From assembly GCF_009914755.1 (NCBI RefSeq), contig NC_060941.1: a stretch of 64,000 nt of DNA, one strand, 5' to 3'. Each line of letters starts with the position of its first letter. Position 1 is the stretch's first letter. The DNA is from the human T2T-CHM13v2.0 reference genome, Homo sapiens. Positions 1-19,103 of this stretch are shown here, one piece after another. The position numbers and the translations under genes are program-made. The notes under the pieces are model-generated. The model made no database searches. It was not told the DNA's origin and worked only from the letters and a program-made list of their open reading frames with translations.

Positions 1-556
1 TGTTTCTGGGTTGGGCCTCAGAAAAGAATTTCTCCTGGGGACATCCAAACCCTTTAGTTATTTTTGACACTTAGTCCAGCCAGAGGTTTGGAGAGTTGCT
101 GGGGCTAAGCTCGGGGTTTCTCCCAACTCCGCATCAACGGTGCTGTGGAAAAGGCAAGCCAGATTTTCCAGACTGGGGAAGGCAGCGCGGCTGATGCATT
201 TTCTTCTCACAGGAAAAGCCAACTAGCTGTCCCAAAGATGAGATCTTCAATGCACTGCAAATCCAGACAGCACCTCCTGCAAAAAGGGACTCAAATCCTC
301 CACATGACACCATCTCCACTGTTATCATCCCAGACTGAGTGACCCCTCGCATCTGTCCGTCTGCCTCAATTTAAAACCAGCTTCAACCTATTCTGCATGG
401 GGCAGCCAGCGTGATCCTGCAAGACACGAAGACTGATTGTGTCGCCTACAGCTCACCAGCCTCCAAAGGTTTCCCTTCACGCTTAGAAAAAAACAGTGGG
501 AGGGGCACAAATTCCTCCATTATCTGACCCTCTTTGACCTCTTAGACCTCAAATCT

Positions 557-861
557 GGCCAGGCATCGTGGCTCACGCCTGTAAAAATCCCAGCTCTCTG
601 GGAGGCTGAGGCAGGAGGATCACCTGAGTCTAGAAGTTCAAGACCAGCATGGGAAAGATGGCGAAACCCCGTCTCTACAAAAAATTAGTCAGACATGGTG
701 GCGCACACCTGTAGTCCCAGCTACCCAGGAGGCTGAGGTGGGAGAATCACTTGATTCCAGGAGGCAGAGGTTGCACTGAGCTGAGATCACGCCACTGCAC
801 TACAGCCTGGGCAACCGAGCGAGACCCAGCTTAAAAAGAAAAAAAGAGAGAGAGAGAGAGA
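557..861 (+). mobile_element. Alu (J/S) with (GA)n tail
   Basis: Dimeric Alu; TSD-like agacctcaaat/agaccgcaaat. Confidence 0.9.
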
Positions 862-1179
862 CCGCAAATACTCTCCCTCTCCTACCTGCTCACCCAACTC
901 GAGCTTCGTGGGCATCACCGCCATTCCTCAGGGTCTTTGCACTTGCTGTTTCCTCTGCCTGGAACCTTCTTCCCCAGATTTCCATATGGCTCATTCCCTC
1001 TCCATTAAGTTCTCTGCTCCAATGTCACCTCAGAGAGGTCTTTTCTGACTACCCCATTTAAAGTAAACTTCCCCACAACCTGCCCCCCTCACCCTCACCC
1101 CTCTCCCCCACTTTATTTATCTTCATAGTATATATAGCTTAGCTGACATGTATATGAGTGTTTGTTTCTTAGAATGTAA

Positions 1180-1565
<386 letters not shown>

Positions 1566-1682
1566 TGAAGTTTCTTAATAAATATTTGTTGGAAGAAGGG
1601 AGGGAGGGAAAGGAAAGAGTTTTTGGTTGACCAAGGTACAGTAAATAAGATCAGGTCCCTTCATTTTATACTTTTTTCAAGG

Positions 1683-1986
<304 letters not shown>

Positions 1987-2202
1987 AAGTTCTTTTACAG
2001 ATGTGAAGGCACTTAAATAAATGTAAAGGAAGGACTTCTTAACTCATGATTATCCTTCCAACTCCCTAGTAAGGAAGGGAGGACATGCATAACTATCGCC
2101 ATTTTACAGAAAAGGAAATATGAATGTGGGATATTTGTTAAAGGGAATAATAAAACATACTGGCTTGTCCAGGTCAAATTTGAAATTAAAAAACCAAACT
2201 AG

Positions 2203-2561
<359 letters not shown>

Positions 2562-2599
2562 CTATGCTCTTTCCATCAAGTCACCTTGGATTTCAATAT

Positions 2600-3120
2600 T
2601 CTATCCTGCTAGAAAGTCTATTCATATTGTTAATCATATTAATATTTCAAAAATGAAAAAAATATATGATCATCTTGAGAGATGCTGACAAGACATCATT
2701 TGATAAAATCCCACATCTATTTGTGCCTTTAAAAATACCTCTTCTTGGTATTAGCGCCAGCCTAGTTTTATATTCTCCAGGAAGACACTGAAAAACAGAC
2801 ACAAAAAGGACATTAAAATGCTAAATAGAAAATATAAATGCTATCTAAAACCAACAGCCAGTATCGGAGTTATGAGGAAACTCCAGAGGAATTCCCACTA
2901 AAGACAGGAACACAGCTATTTATTAGCAACATTCTGGAACCATGTATCATCTATAACCAATTTTAAAACATAACTAAATTTCACTCACAATAACAAGAAG
3001 AAATTATCAACATCCTAAGAATAAACCTAACACAAGGAACATACAAGCCCTACGTGAAGAAACCATTTGTCCAGGGGACAGAGTCTAACTTAATTATGTA
3101 GAGATATTATGTTCCTGGTT
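2600..3120 (+). mobile_element. Ancient L1 ORF2 (reverse transcriptase region) fragment
   Basis: 'atatatgatcatcttgagagatgctgacaagacatcatttgataaaatcc' resembles the L1 HMIISIDAEKAFDKIQ motif. Confidence 0.65.
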
Positions 3121-3363
3121 AGTATCAAGAACTGTGAAAGGTCTGAGATTTCTTATCCCAGGTCCAGGAGCAAAGTGAGATACTCAACATTCTTAATTCC
3201 ATTTAATCTAATTAATAACTCTGCAATTTGTATTATTATTCCCCACTAATGAAGAGGCACAGATCAGATAATTTCACACAGCAAGGAAGTCAGGATTACA
3301 ATTTAAATAGTTCTGACTCCCAAGCCTACTGTCTTCCTACCAGCTCACTCAATCTTCTAGCAA

Positions 3364-4413
3364 TGTGATGGCTTTCTACTGTGTCAACATGGCTAGGCTG
3401 AACTTCAGTTCCCAGAATTCCTTTCCTTATACATTCTGCTTAGCGTAGACCACAGGAAGATTTCTGGGAGATATGGTGCGGGAAAGGGAAGAAGCAGAGA
3501 TTCTGCAGCTCAAACACATTGTTGCTGATCTGCTGACTTGCCTCATTGGCATAAAGCAGTGGCTAGGCCCACAACTGCTCCACCCTCTCCTGGAGCTTTT
3601 GTCAGCTTATCCAACCCCTGAGCCAGGATACATTGGTTAGGTCCATGACACAGGGCCCCAGATTCTGCAGGATACCCACACTATCAAAGTCAAAGACAAT
3701 TTTATTCCATCCTTGTGGGGTTCCAGCTCATGCCCACAGGTTCTAGCCTGCTCATGATCTTCTCTTCTTAACTTCACCTTTCCCGTAGACTTCAAGCTCC
3801 AGCATCAGACATTGAAATGACAGCCCAACAGAGACTACTTAGCCAGCCCCACAACGACATAAGACTAATATTCTGTAAAAACTCTCTTTTAAAATGCAGG
3901 GGCTGGACATGGTGGCTCACATCTGCAATCCCAGCACTTTAGGAGGTCAAGGCGGGAGGACTGCGTGTGCCTAGGAGATCAAGAGCAGCTTGTGCAACAT
4001 AGGGAAACCCTATCTCTACAAACAATTTAAAAATTCGCCAGGCATGGTGGGGCATGCCTGTGGTTTCAGCTACCTGGGAGGCTACGGTGGGAACATCATT
4101 TGAGTCCGGGGGTTGAGGCTGCAGTGAGCCGTGACTGCCACTGCACTCCAGCCTGGGTGACAGGGCGAGACCCTGTCTCAAAAATAAGTCAATAAATAAA
4201 AATGTGTATATCTGCATTTGTGTGTGTGTACCTGTGTGTCTATGTCTATGTGTGTATATACATGTGTGTCTGTGGCTATATGCACGTATGTCTATATAGC
4301 TAGTGTATGTGTCTACAACTGCATGTGTTTATGTACATGAATATGCCTACATCTACATTTCTGTCTGTTTCTCCTACTCATTCTGCTTCTCCATGCAAAC
4401 CCTGACTGACACA
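3364..4413 (+). mobile_element. MLT2-family (ERVL) solo LTR with an AluJ (3899-4203) and a TG/TA-rich tract inside
   Basis: Start 'tgtgatggc...tgtgtcaacatggctaggct' and end 'aaaccctgactgacaca' match MLT2 termini. Confidence 0.7.
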
Positions 4414-4886
4414 GCTAATTGCTCCTCACTGTAAGTCCACAGAATAGGTGGTCATGGAGTGGGAGTGTCCCTAGAGAAGCTGGAGATGGAATGCTGAAGG
4501 CTGGGGTAGTGGAAAGCCGTGGAGACTCAGTCTGCTACTCTGCCCCTCTAGGCTAACAGATTAAAACAAAAAGAGTCACTTGTATGTGCACAACACTGCA
4601 GATACAAATGCTAAAGATGCAGGGTCCCACACTGGCCACTATGCCTCAATGGCTCCCCCAAGCAGGGAGTGGGACACAGAGGGGTCTCCGTCAATACTGC
4701 CAGCTTCTGGACTGGCCCCACCCTGGTGTGCACCCAGCTATGCCCCTCTGACAGCCACAGAAAGGCTGCTTCTGGGGACCCAGGGAAGTGGCTCCAGGGC
4801 CCTGGCCCTGACTCACTTCTGGAACTTCCTGCCTTGGGAAGCTGCTCACAGGTCACGTCAAGGGGATATTAAAGCCACTGCTTAGG

Positions 4887-5267
<381 letters not shown>

Positions 5268-5665
5268 TTACTCCCTCCACAGAGCCCGGCTCCAAAGAGG
5301 GAGGAGACGCAGTTTCCTAAAATGTGCAGGCCCAACAAGGCAGCATCAAGGCCAAAGCTCTGGAATCACAGACTCCAGGGCACATTCCAGCTCTGCCAGA
5401 TACTAACATAAATGGCCTCGGGCAGGTTCTGGTACCTCTCTACACCTTGAATTCCCCACCTTTAAAATGTGCATGATAGATACCGTACAATGCAACACTG
5501 TGGAAAGGGTTAAACTTTTACATTTTCTTTAAAAATAAAGTATAATAAATGTTATTTTTGTTAAGATTAACACTTTTCAGAATAACTCTGTCAAGTTCAT
5601 GGTGATGAGTCAGTAGGCACTGCCTAAAAAGTTGAGGATGGCATATATTAAAAAGTTACATAGTA

Positions 5666-5957
5666 GGCCGGGCGCAATGGCTCACGCCTGTAATCCCAGC
5701 ACTTTGGGGGGGCCGAGGTGGGCGGATCACGAGGTCAGGAGATCAAGACCATCCTGGCTAACATGGTGAAACCCCGTCTCTACTAAAAACACAAAAAATT
5801 AGCCGGGCGTGGTGGCAGGTGCCTGTAGTCCCAGCTGAGGCAGGAGAATGGCGTGAACCCGGGAGGCGGAGCTTGCAGTGAGCCGAAATAGGGCCACTGC
5901 AGTCCGGCCTGGGCGACACAGCGAGACTCTGTCTCAAAAAAAAAAAAACAAAAAAAG
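5666..5957 (+). mobile_element. AluY-lineage element with a 12-bp right-arm deletion
   Basis: TSD aaaa(a)g(t/g)tacatagtag; junction 'tcccagct|gaggcagg'. Confidence 0.9.
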
Positions 5958-6081
5958 GTACATAGTAGTTACAAAGATAACTACCAGAACTAAAAGCAGA
6001 TTGTAAATCTTTCAAATTATTGGAAGAAATGTACACACAAAGTCAATAAAACTGATCATATAGTAAATAACATATTATTAA

Positions 6082-6372
<291 letters not shown>

Positions 6373-6578
6373 TATTAAAGGTTTAAAAACAGAAAACATA
6401 ACATAAAATGACAGAACTAAAACCAATCATAACTCTTACAGAAAAAGATTCTGAGGTATCCCCAATATATTTCAAACTTAGATAATTTTTTAATTGGTTG
6501 CAACCTTGATCCACCCAAACAGTTCTATATGAGGATGCAGGCTGAACTCACGGGGGTTCAGACATCAGTAACAGGGAG

Positions 6579-7575
<997 letters not shown>

Positions 7576-8261
7576 GTGTCTGTCAGGTTGCATGGGCAAG
7601 GAGGGTGTCACAGTTAGTGCCAAGCATGTGAGTGTGCTGGAAAATGGAAGTGACAAGGAGGGGGCTTAAGGTAGGCCCATCCCCACCCATTCCCCACCTA
7701 GCCCAGAGCCTCAAAGCTGTTGGCAGGAAGAGCTAAGAATACTCAGAGCTCTGCCAGGCAGTGGGCTCCATATTCCAGCAGCTTGGAGCAGGGAACGGGG
7801 GACTCGGAGCGGCAGAAAAGCAAGGCCTGCTGGCAAGATGTGATTGCAGGAGACTCTAGTAACTCAAGGACTGTGGGGTACAGAGAAGGCTAGTGACTGG
7901 TTCCCCTTTGGGGTCCTGTTCAAAGCTGGGGACTTTGCAGCTGTGCCCACCTGCTAGTTTTACTCTCCCTAAAACAGAGCCAGGTATGTGTTCTGACCAT
8001 GGCTGCCGAAAGACGCCCAGGAGGACAGGTGAGCCTCTGCTTCTCATAGGCAGTGTCGGGCCCGTGATATTATCCCAAAGTGAAGGGGAACAACCATGCT
8101 CAGAGCAGGACAGGCCCCAAGAGGCATTTTTGGGGCCCTTAAATTCTATCAAAGTTTTAAGATCAACCCAAAATGAGTGGCCAATCTCGGCAGATCCCCA
8201 GTATCAGGTAAGAAAGGATCTGGTAAATTATTACACAAATCCTTTTCTGTGGATGTTAATT

Positions 8262-8567
8262 TCTTTTTTTTCTTTTTTCTTTTAAGACAGACATGCTCTC
8301 TCGTCCAGGCTGGAGTACAGTGGCGCAATCACGGCTCACTGCAGCTTTGACCTCCAGGGCTCAGGCAATCCTCCCACCTCAGCCCCCTAAGTAGTTGGGA
8401 CCACAGGCATGCACCAGCATGCCCAGATAATTTTGGAAATCATTTTTTCTAGAGATAGGATCTTGCTATGTTGCCCAGGCTGTTCTTGAACTCCTGGGCT
8501 CAAGCAATCCTCCCACCTTGACCTCCCAAAGCACTGGGATTACAGGCGTGAGCCACTGCGCCTGGCC
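8262..8567 (-). mobile_element. AluJ
   Basis: Antisense Alu with J-type 'ctcctgggctcaagcaatcctcccacc'. Confidence 0.88.
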
Positions 8568-10169
8568 AGTTGTTACATTTCTAAAAAAAAGTCTTTTATG
8601 TCTTTGAGCTAGGTAAGAACTGCATGGCAGGTACAACAGGCCAGATCAATAGTTCCTGCCCGTCTCTGATTAGAACCTTCTAGAAACCAAACCATAATCA
8701 GAGACAGGCAACTGGATGAGGAAGGACGGAACAATACATGACAGAAGGAGTTTGTAGGTTCCAAACGGTGGCTGGGCCATGGTGCAGGAATGGCTGCTGC
8801 CCCCAGGCAGAAAGGAGAAGACCAACAGAAATCCACAGCCCCACACTGGCAGACAGCCTGGCTCAGCTCAGGGCTGCAGACGCCCTGGTGTCTGGGGCTG
8901 ACAGCCAGCAGCACCGGGGCAGGTACTGCTAAGGAAAAGAACCGCAGAGACGCCTGCATTCAATGCTCAAGTGCACATCAAAAGGAAAGAAAACACTCTC
9001 TGTATATCAGAGAAGCACGGGGGAAAGTACACAGGAAGGAAAATGGAACTTCAGGGTTCCTCTGGAGCAAGTCATGCCTGGGTGAATCTAAAGAAAAGGT
9101 GACTGGAGGAAGCTCAGGCAGTGTGTAAGACCAGAAGAGCTCTCCAGGCGCTCACTGTCAGAAAAGTTAGCTCTAGGAAGGAGGCAGTAGAGGCTTGGAT
9201 GAAACCTTACAAGGCCCTAGAACCAGGCCCTGGTGGCCTGTCCTGGGCAACATTGAGGATAAACAGCACTCAGGCCCCCCAGGACCAAGTTCTGAGTTCC
9301 TGCAGCAGCAGCAGCCGGATCTGTGCCCCAATCCTGGCATGGGTTCAGGGGGCATTGGCAGTTCCGCTGTTTCTGCCAGGGATACAACCACGCTTGCTGC
9401 TGAACGGACAGTATAGCTGGGCCAGGTGGGGGAGGTGGGCTTTAGGGGCCAGGGCAGATGGCCCAGGAGTCAACTGAGGGAAGGGGGAAACAGCAATATA
9501 TTCTAAGACCCCCCCAGAAATGAGAGACACCTCCCAGCTCTCTAAGGGCAGTAACCCTGGAGTTCAATGAAGTGGAATGGCTCATTATTTTGTTTTTGTG
9601 GGAGCAAGAACAACCATCTCAACAATGAGAACTTGCCCCCGTAGTCCCAAAGCCAGGATCTTCGTGGGAGGGTTCCAGAGGGTGAGGCCCAGGCCCTCTG
9701 AACCAGCAGACCCTTGTCATGGATCAGGTCCTGCGCTGATGGACCTTGAGAGAATGGTGGCTACAGAGGACAAATCCAGAAAAGGCATCCACACACATGC
9801 AAGAAGGCAGAGGAAGCATCTGGTACTCCCCAAACTCGGGGGTAAAACTGTCCACATCGAGCACCAAGGCACCCTGAACTTCCACAGAACCAAGTTAGAT
9901 AATCCCAGAACTTTGAGGTATCTGGGCCCAAAACTAGTATTAAATTGAAGGCGCGGATAAGAAATGGAATGTTTTCACTTTTTATAGCCCAGTGTGCCCA
10001 ACCAGTCCATCAAACCCACCTTCTTCCCGGGGCAACCCTAGAAAAGATGTCTCACTCAAAGACAGCCCTGGAGAGCAAGTCCTGGCCAAGTTTTCCCAAT
10101 TATGACTGCATTTCACATCTTTCTTTACAAGGCAAAGTCCCCGCAAGAGTCAGGGAGTGAATCCTCCAG

Positions 10170-10365
10170 AGCCTCGCCACTTAGTGTGGACCACAGACCA
10201 GCAGCACCAGAATCACCTGGGAACTTGCCAGAAGTACAGTTGCTCAAGCCCCACTCCAAACCTACTGAACCAGCAGCTCTGGGAGGAGGCCCAGCAATCA
10301 GGGTTTAAACACTCCCTCCAGGAGACTGTGATGCTCTCTCAGCTTGGACGCTTTCAAAACTGACC
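10170..10365. mobile_element. MER5A (hAT-Charlie MITE)
   Basis: 'accagcagcaccagaatcacctgggaacttg...ccccactccaaacctactgaa'. Confidence 0.8.
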
Positions 10366-10421
10366 ACCTCAGTATGAAACAGGCTAAACCATGCTCAAGG
10401 GTTAACAGCGTAAAGATCTCT

Positions 10422-10704
10422 GGCCGGGCGCGGTGGCTCACACCTGTAATCCCAGCACTTTGGGAGGCCGAGGCGGGCGGATCACGAGGTCAAGAGATCG
10501 AGACCATCCTGGCTAACACGGTGAAACCCCATCTCTACTAAAAATACAAAAAATTAGCCGGGCGTGGTGGCGGGTACCTGTAGTCCCAGCTACTCGGGAG
10601 GCTGAGGCAGAATGGCATAAACCCGGGAGGCGGAGTTTGTAGTGAGCTGAGATCGCGCCAGAGCGAGACTCCGTCTCATAAAAAAAAAAAAAAAAAAAAA
10701 AAAA
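10422..10704 (+). mobile_element. AluY with a small internal deletion near its 3' end
   Basis: TSD aaagatctct; junction 'gatcgcgcca|gagcgagac'. Confidence 0.9.
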
Positions 10705-12063
10705 GATCTCTGTCTTCCTGTAGTTAGACAATAAAAATTCCTTCATTTAGGACCTACTGTCTCTGAATCTGTACTCCTGTGGGCATTCGAAATTGAGATT
10801 TACCTATTAAGTCAAGAATTACAGTAAGCAAGAAAGAAGCCAAAAGCCCTCTTCAAATGCTTAGTCACATGGTTTGCCATTTTTTTTAATATGTTAATTA
10901 CAAACTACTGATCCATACCTACTCAATTAGCTTTTAAGCACTGAAAAGTACTTTGTTCAACATACTTGCACATATTCCACTGTGTGCCTGGTTTATGGCT
11001 TTTGAATAAACAAATAGGTGTTTTCATACTTCCAGGCAAAGCCAGCAGTGGGGCTTGGGTGGGGGCAGAGGGTGGCGTGTATGTGTCTGCGTGTTTAATC
11101 ACAGCGAAGTATAATACACAACTGCCTCTCTGAAATTTACAAAAATGCTCAGACAACCTCAATTAAGCTGATTTCTAAAATACGCAGACAAAAGGAAACA
11201 TCCTCAAAGTTTCTGTAAACGGTTTTTGAGCCCACAGCTGAGCCTCTCCACCAGTCTGGAATTTACTAGCTACTCAAAATAACAGGAACATCCTAATATT
11301 GCCTCTTACAGCTCAAAAGTAAGGCTTTTAGATCAGCCAAGGGGGCTAAGAAACCTCACATGCATGAACACAGAAAATACACTTGTAAAAATATACTGGG
11401 CAAGTGGGCTTGTACACACGTGTTGGGATCAAGGGTACAACACGGCATTTCTCTCTCATGCCAAAGATCCAAATATGATGTTTATCGAAGCTTCCCAAAG
11501 CCAAGCTCAAACTCTATTAATGTGAATCTTGGGGGAAAAAATCAGAGTACCTTTATCTAGATTTTTTAAAACGGTGTGAACACTGCCAAGAGCTCATAAT
11601 AAAAAGAGTACAGAACTCCAAGTCAAAAGGTCTGAATGCCAAGTCTGTCTTTTACCAACTGCCACTTCCTAACCTGGCCGCAAATCACAAATTCTGAACC
11701 TCCCATGTCCCCAGCTGAAAAATCAAGATGATGGAAATAGTAACTGCTTGTTGGAGCTCAAGGAGCTGCTGTGAGAGCCGATCATGTATCTCATGTGAGA
11801 GCACCTGAAAAATCATAAAGCACACGTGAACATCAATTATTGGCTAGCACAGGCATTTTTGATTTAGGAGCTTGAGAAAGAGGGAGTCAAAAAAAGAACA
11901 CAGTTTTTTTGCACTTTTGTGTTTCTTGGTTGTGTTCTGGTGTTGGAGGTTATTTTTGTGGGGTGAAAAGCTGCCTCGTTGGTTTCGGTTAACCTAGACC
12001 TTTCTTCACCTGCATCCCTTGGATAACTGTTTGCTGCTGGTTAAGAATCCTCTCTCAGTTAAG

Positions 12064-13139
<1,076 letters not shown>

Positions 13140-13259
13140 CATTTTGAAATAACATATCTCACCTTATAGAATTTTAGGATACTGCAGCCGAAGAACACAA
13201 AAACCAACTTATATTTTTGTGACTTTCCATCAATTCCATTTGAGGATTAGAGGTGGAAA

Positions 13260-13870
13260 AGAGGTAGAAACAGTTTGGCAGTTCTTTATTAAGCACAGAG
13301 TCCTCATACAATCTAGTAATTCCACTCCTAGCTAGAGACCCAAGAGAACTGAAAACATGTCCCACAAAAAAACTTGTACACCAATGTTTGTCACAGCATT
13401 ATTCACAATAGCTAGAAAGTATAACCAATTCACATGTCCATCCACTGATGGACAGGTAAAACGTGGCATATCGGGGTAATGGAATATTATTCAGCCATGA
13501 AAAGGAATGAAGTGCTGATGCATGTTACAATACAGATAAACCTCGAAAACATTACACTAAGTGAAATAAGCCAGACACAAAAGGCCAGATATCATGTAAC
13601 ATTATTCTGTTTCTATGAAATGCCTAGAATAGGCAAATCCACAGAGACAGAAATCGATTAGTAGTTGTTGGTTGTTAGGGGTAAGGAGATGGGGTGAATG
13701 GGGAGTGACAGCTAACAGGGAAGGGGTTTCTTTCTGAGGTGATGGAAGTGTTCTGCAGTTAGTGAATATATTAGAATACTACACAGTGAATATACTATAA
13801 ACCACTGAACTGTATACTGTAGAGAGCTGAGTTTTACGTTATGTGAATAACATCTCAATAAAGAAAAAAA
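13260..13870 (+). mobile_element. L1M (L1MB/MC-type) 3' end
   Basis: 'cagcattattcacaatagc', 'atggaatattattcagccatgaaaaggaatgaag', ends 'tctcaataaagaaaaaaa'. Confidence 0.85.
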
Positions 13871-13940
13871 TATTAACTATTTTTTAAAGACCTAGAAATA
13901 GTGGTTAACCAACTAATCAGGAATTAAAAGGGCAGCATAC

Positions 13941-13983
13941 CAGGTGATGACTCATTCACCAACTCCCAAGAGGAAGTGTGGTT
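13941..13983. promoter_or_regulatory. Candidate myeloid enhancer core (E-box, AP-1, PU.1, RUNX)
   Basis: CAGGTG 13941-46; ATGACTCAT 13947-55; AAGAGGAAGTG 13968-78; TGTGGTT 13977-83. Confidence 0.5.
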
Positions 13984-14151
13984 GTGACATTTACGTTGAT
14001 TTCATCTGACCTCCAACCTCAAACCCCAGGCACTCTCTTGCACACTTCAACTTTCCGTTTTCCTTTCTCCCTTCCGTCCATTCCCCTTTGACTCTTTCCT
14101 TTTCTTCCTCTCCTTTTCTTCTCTTTCTTTCTTTCTCTCTCTTAACTGGTT

Positions 14152-14155
<4 letters not shown>

Positions 14156-14184
<29 letters not shown>
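14156..14184. repeat. (AC)14 microsatellite preceded by a ~90 bp polypyrimidine tract
   Basis: Read directly. Confidence 0.95.
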
Positions 14185-14186
<2 letters not shown>

Positions 14187-14272
14187 GTGTAAATGGATAC
14201 AGTGAAGGTAGTGGGCTTTTGAAATGTAACTTTTCTCCTTGCCTATAGAAGTTGTTGAATGAACACCTATGA

Positions 14273-14629
<357 letters not shown>

Positions 14630-14654
14630 AGGCTGTTAAATTTCATTCAATCCA

Positions 14655-14810
14655 GGCATCATCATGGTGTGACCATAAGTGAGCAAGTCACTTTACTTCT
14701 GTGCCTCAGTTTCCCCACCTGTAAAATGGGGACAATAGTAGAACCTAGCGCATGAAGTTGTTGTTAGGATTAAAAAGAATAGAACAAAGCTTGACACCCA
14801 GCAAGTGCTC
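14655..14810 (+). mobile_element. MIR
   Basis: MIR core 'gcaagtcactttacttctgtgcctcagtttccccacctgtaaaatggggacaata'. Confidence 0.8.
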
Positions 14811-14916
14811 TACAAAAAAGTAGAAGCCTGTGAACTGAGGCTGGTTCTGAGGTTCCCTGGACCTGACTTAAAAGCATATTTCCAGATGTCAGACTTCTTC
14901 TTTTTTTAAGTTTGGT

Positions 14917-15586
14917 TATTTTTTTTTAGAGATGGGGTCTTGCTCTGTTGCCCAAGCTGATTTCAAACTCCTGGGCTCAAGTGGTTCTCCTGCCTCAGCC
15001 CTGCTAGTAGCTGGGACTATAGGCACAGGCCAACATACCAAGTTAAAGGGTTTCGTTTGCTTGTTTTTGTTTTTGTTTTTTTTTTAAATACTTGTCACTG
15101 ATGAAGCTCAGATGAAGCCTCTTTTAAGTATTGTTTTCTAACAATACTGTTTTCTAACAAAACTGTCACATGTTCATTTTTCTTGGTGATATTTTATCTT
15201 GTTATTAAATATTATTCTACATCATTTAATGACAGCATTTAATGTGATTATAAGAGTCTATCATCAATCTACGTACCTACCTACCATCTATCTATTTATT
15301 TACAGATAGGGTCTCACTCTGTCATCCAGGCTGGAGTGCAATGGCATGATCATGGCTCACTGCAACCTTGACATCCTTGGCTCAAGTGAGTCTCCCACCT
15401 AAGCCTCCTGAATAGCTAGGGCTACAGGTGTACACCACCATGCCCAGCTACTTTTTTTATTTTTTACAGAGAAAGGGTTTCCCTAATGTTGCCCAAGCTA
15501 GTCTTGAACTCCTGGCTTCAAGCGCTCCTCCTGCCTCGGCCTCCCAAAGTGCTAGGATTACAAGCACGAGCCACCATAACCCAACC
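14917..15586 (-). mobile_element. Alu monomer (14917-15040) and AluJ (15295-15586)
   Basis: Antisense Alu sequence. Confidence 0.85.
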
Positions 15587-16655
15587 TAAATAAAGTTTTC
15601 CAGTTTTGACTTTTACTTCTGACACCCTTTCAGTTTCCCTTTGTTAATGGAAGAAGAGAGAGAATCACTGCTGCATTCCAAAATGGAAGGAAAAGAGAGC
15701 CAGGACTTTCAGTTGCCAGTGGCAGAAATCCAATCCACAAGTTTAAGCCAACACAAAGGAGGATTTATCAGCATGCATCACTGGAGTTCAGTGATGCCTG
15801 GTTCCAGGGACTCACACAATGTCTACAGGACATCTTCTCTCACCTCTGACTGGCTGTCACGTGTAGGTGGACTCTGCCCCAACTAGAGAGCCACTGGTAA
15901 CTTCCTCCCAACTTAGCAACGTATCTTGGTTGACAAACCCCACCAAAGTCACATGGCGGGGTGAGAATAGGGAAGTTCCCCGAAAAGATGGGAGATAGAA
16001 CATTATGACAGGCAGATCAAAACAGAAGCTGTACCAATCCACTTTAGTCAGCAATCGACTCCCCAAGAGAATCTTATTGAGGAACGATTCTGTGCTCAGC
16101 ACCGTCTAAGGCATGCAGGCGGAACACAGAAGGATTCATCACAATACCTTGACTTTGTAAAGCATCACTTCCCAGTGAAGAATTGACTGTGCGTGCATTA
16201 GCTCTTAACCCTTAGAGTTCCCAGTACTTAGCTTAATTTCACACATGACAAAAGGAGACCCACCTAGACCGAGTGACTCATTCAAGGTCACACAGCCAAG
16301 ATGTGACTCCAGATAGACATTCCCCCAGTCCAGTGCCTCGTCCACTGCTGCCGTGTGCAAGGGGCCATGTTAAACATGACGGTGGAGAGCAAGATGGCAG
16401 AGGAGGAGACGCAGCCTTCAAGGCCTCTCTATATTAACATAAATGCTCCAATCTGTCAATTCAGGGTGGCGTGTGCAGGTGCCGCTTAGGTGCCTCCTCC
16501 CAAGGAAGACAAGGCCCTGAGAGCTGAAGATCAGCAAGAGTTTCTAGAGGAGGACTTTGCAGGATGCAGGGAGATGGTGAGGAGGGCCAGACAGGCCAAG
16601 CAAGGGTAGGTGCGTGGCCATTTCTTACACTTCTTCAGAAATCAATGAGAAACCT

Positions 16656-17297
<642 letters not shown>

Positions 17298-17531
17298 AAA
17301 TCAATGAGAAACCTGAAGCCTGACTGGCTGGAACAGAAGGAATCCGTAAGAAATGAGTAGAAGAATAAAATAATAATGTTTTTTAAATTAGTATTGTTCT
17401 TTTAAATTATTTACATGTATTAAATCATTCATTTACTTTTCCTATTTTATGAAATAAGTCCCACTATCATGCCCATTTTACAGATGAGGAAATTGATGTA
17501 CCAAAAGGTTTGAGCAACTTCCTGCAGGTCA

Positions 17532-18445
<914 letters not shown>

Positions 18446-18671
18446 ACAGAGTGACTGAGCAGAGATTCAAAACTCAGTCCAAACCCACTGGTTTCCCTGT
18501 GCTCTTAACAACTGTATCATGCTGTCTATGGGTGATGCTCCCCAGCCAGCTAGAAAACACCTTCACTATAGGTGAAAAGTGGTGCTCACTGCACTGTGTT
18601 CAGGAAAAGTGTGTCCTGGAGAAACGCTTCATAAAGGTGGAGCTACCATTACCCCAATCCCCAACCCCAGG

Positions 18672-18673
<2 letters not shown>

Positions 18674-18710
<37 letters not shown>
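18674..18710. repeat. (AC)18 microsatellite
   Basis: Read directly. Confidence 0.95.
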
Positions 18711-18713
<3 letters not shown>

Positions 18714-18772
18714 CCCATGTCCACAGTCTGCATGGGAACCTCCATCCCTAAATCCTACTAAACCAATAACTC

Positions 18773-19103
<331 letters not shown>

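Noticed and set aside
8025-8620. Strong + strand splice donors suggesting an antisense lncRNA
   Set aside because: No supportable promoter, acceptor chain or poly(A) site; such motifs occur by chance.
16095-16115. TCAGCACC REST/NRSE half-site
   Set aside because: Right half (GGACAG) absent.
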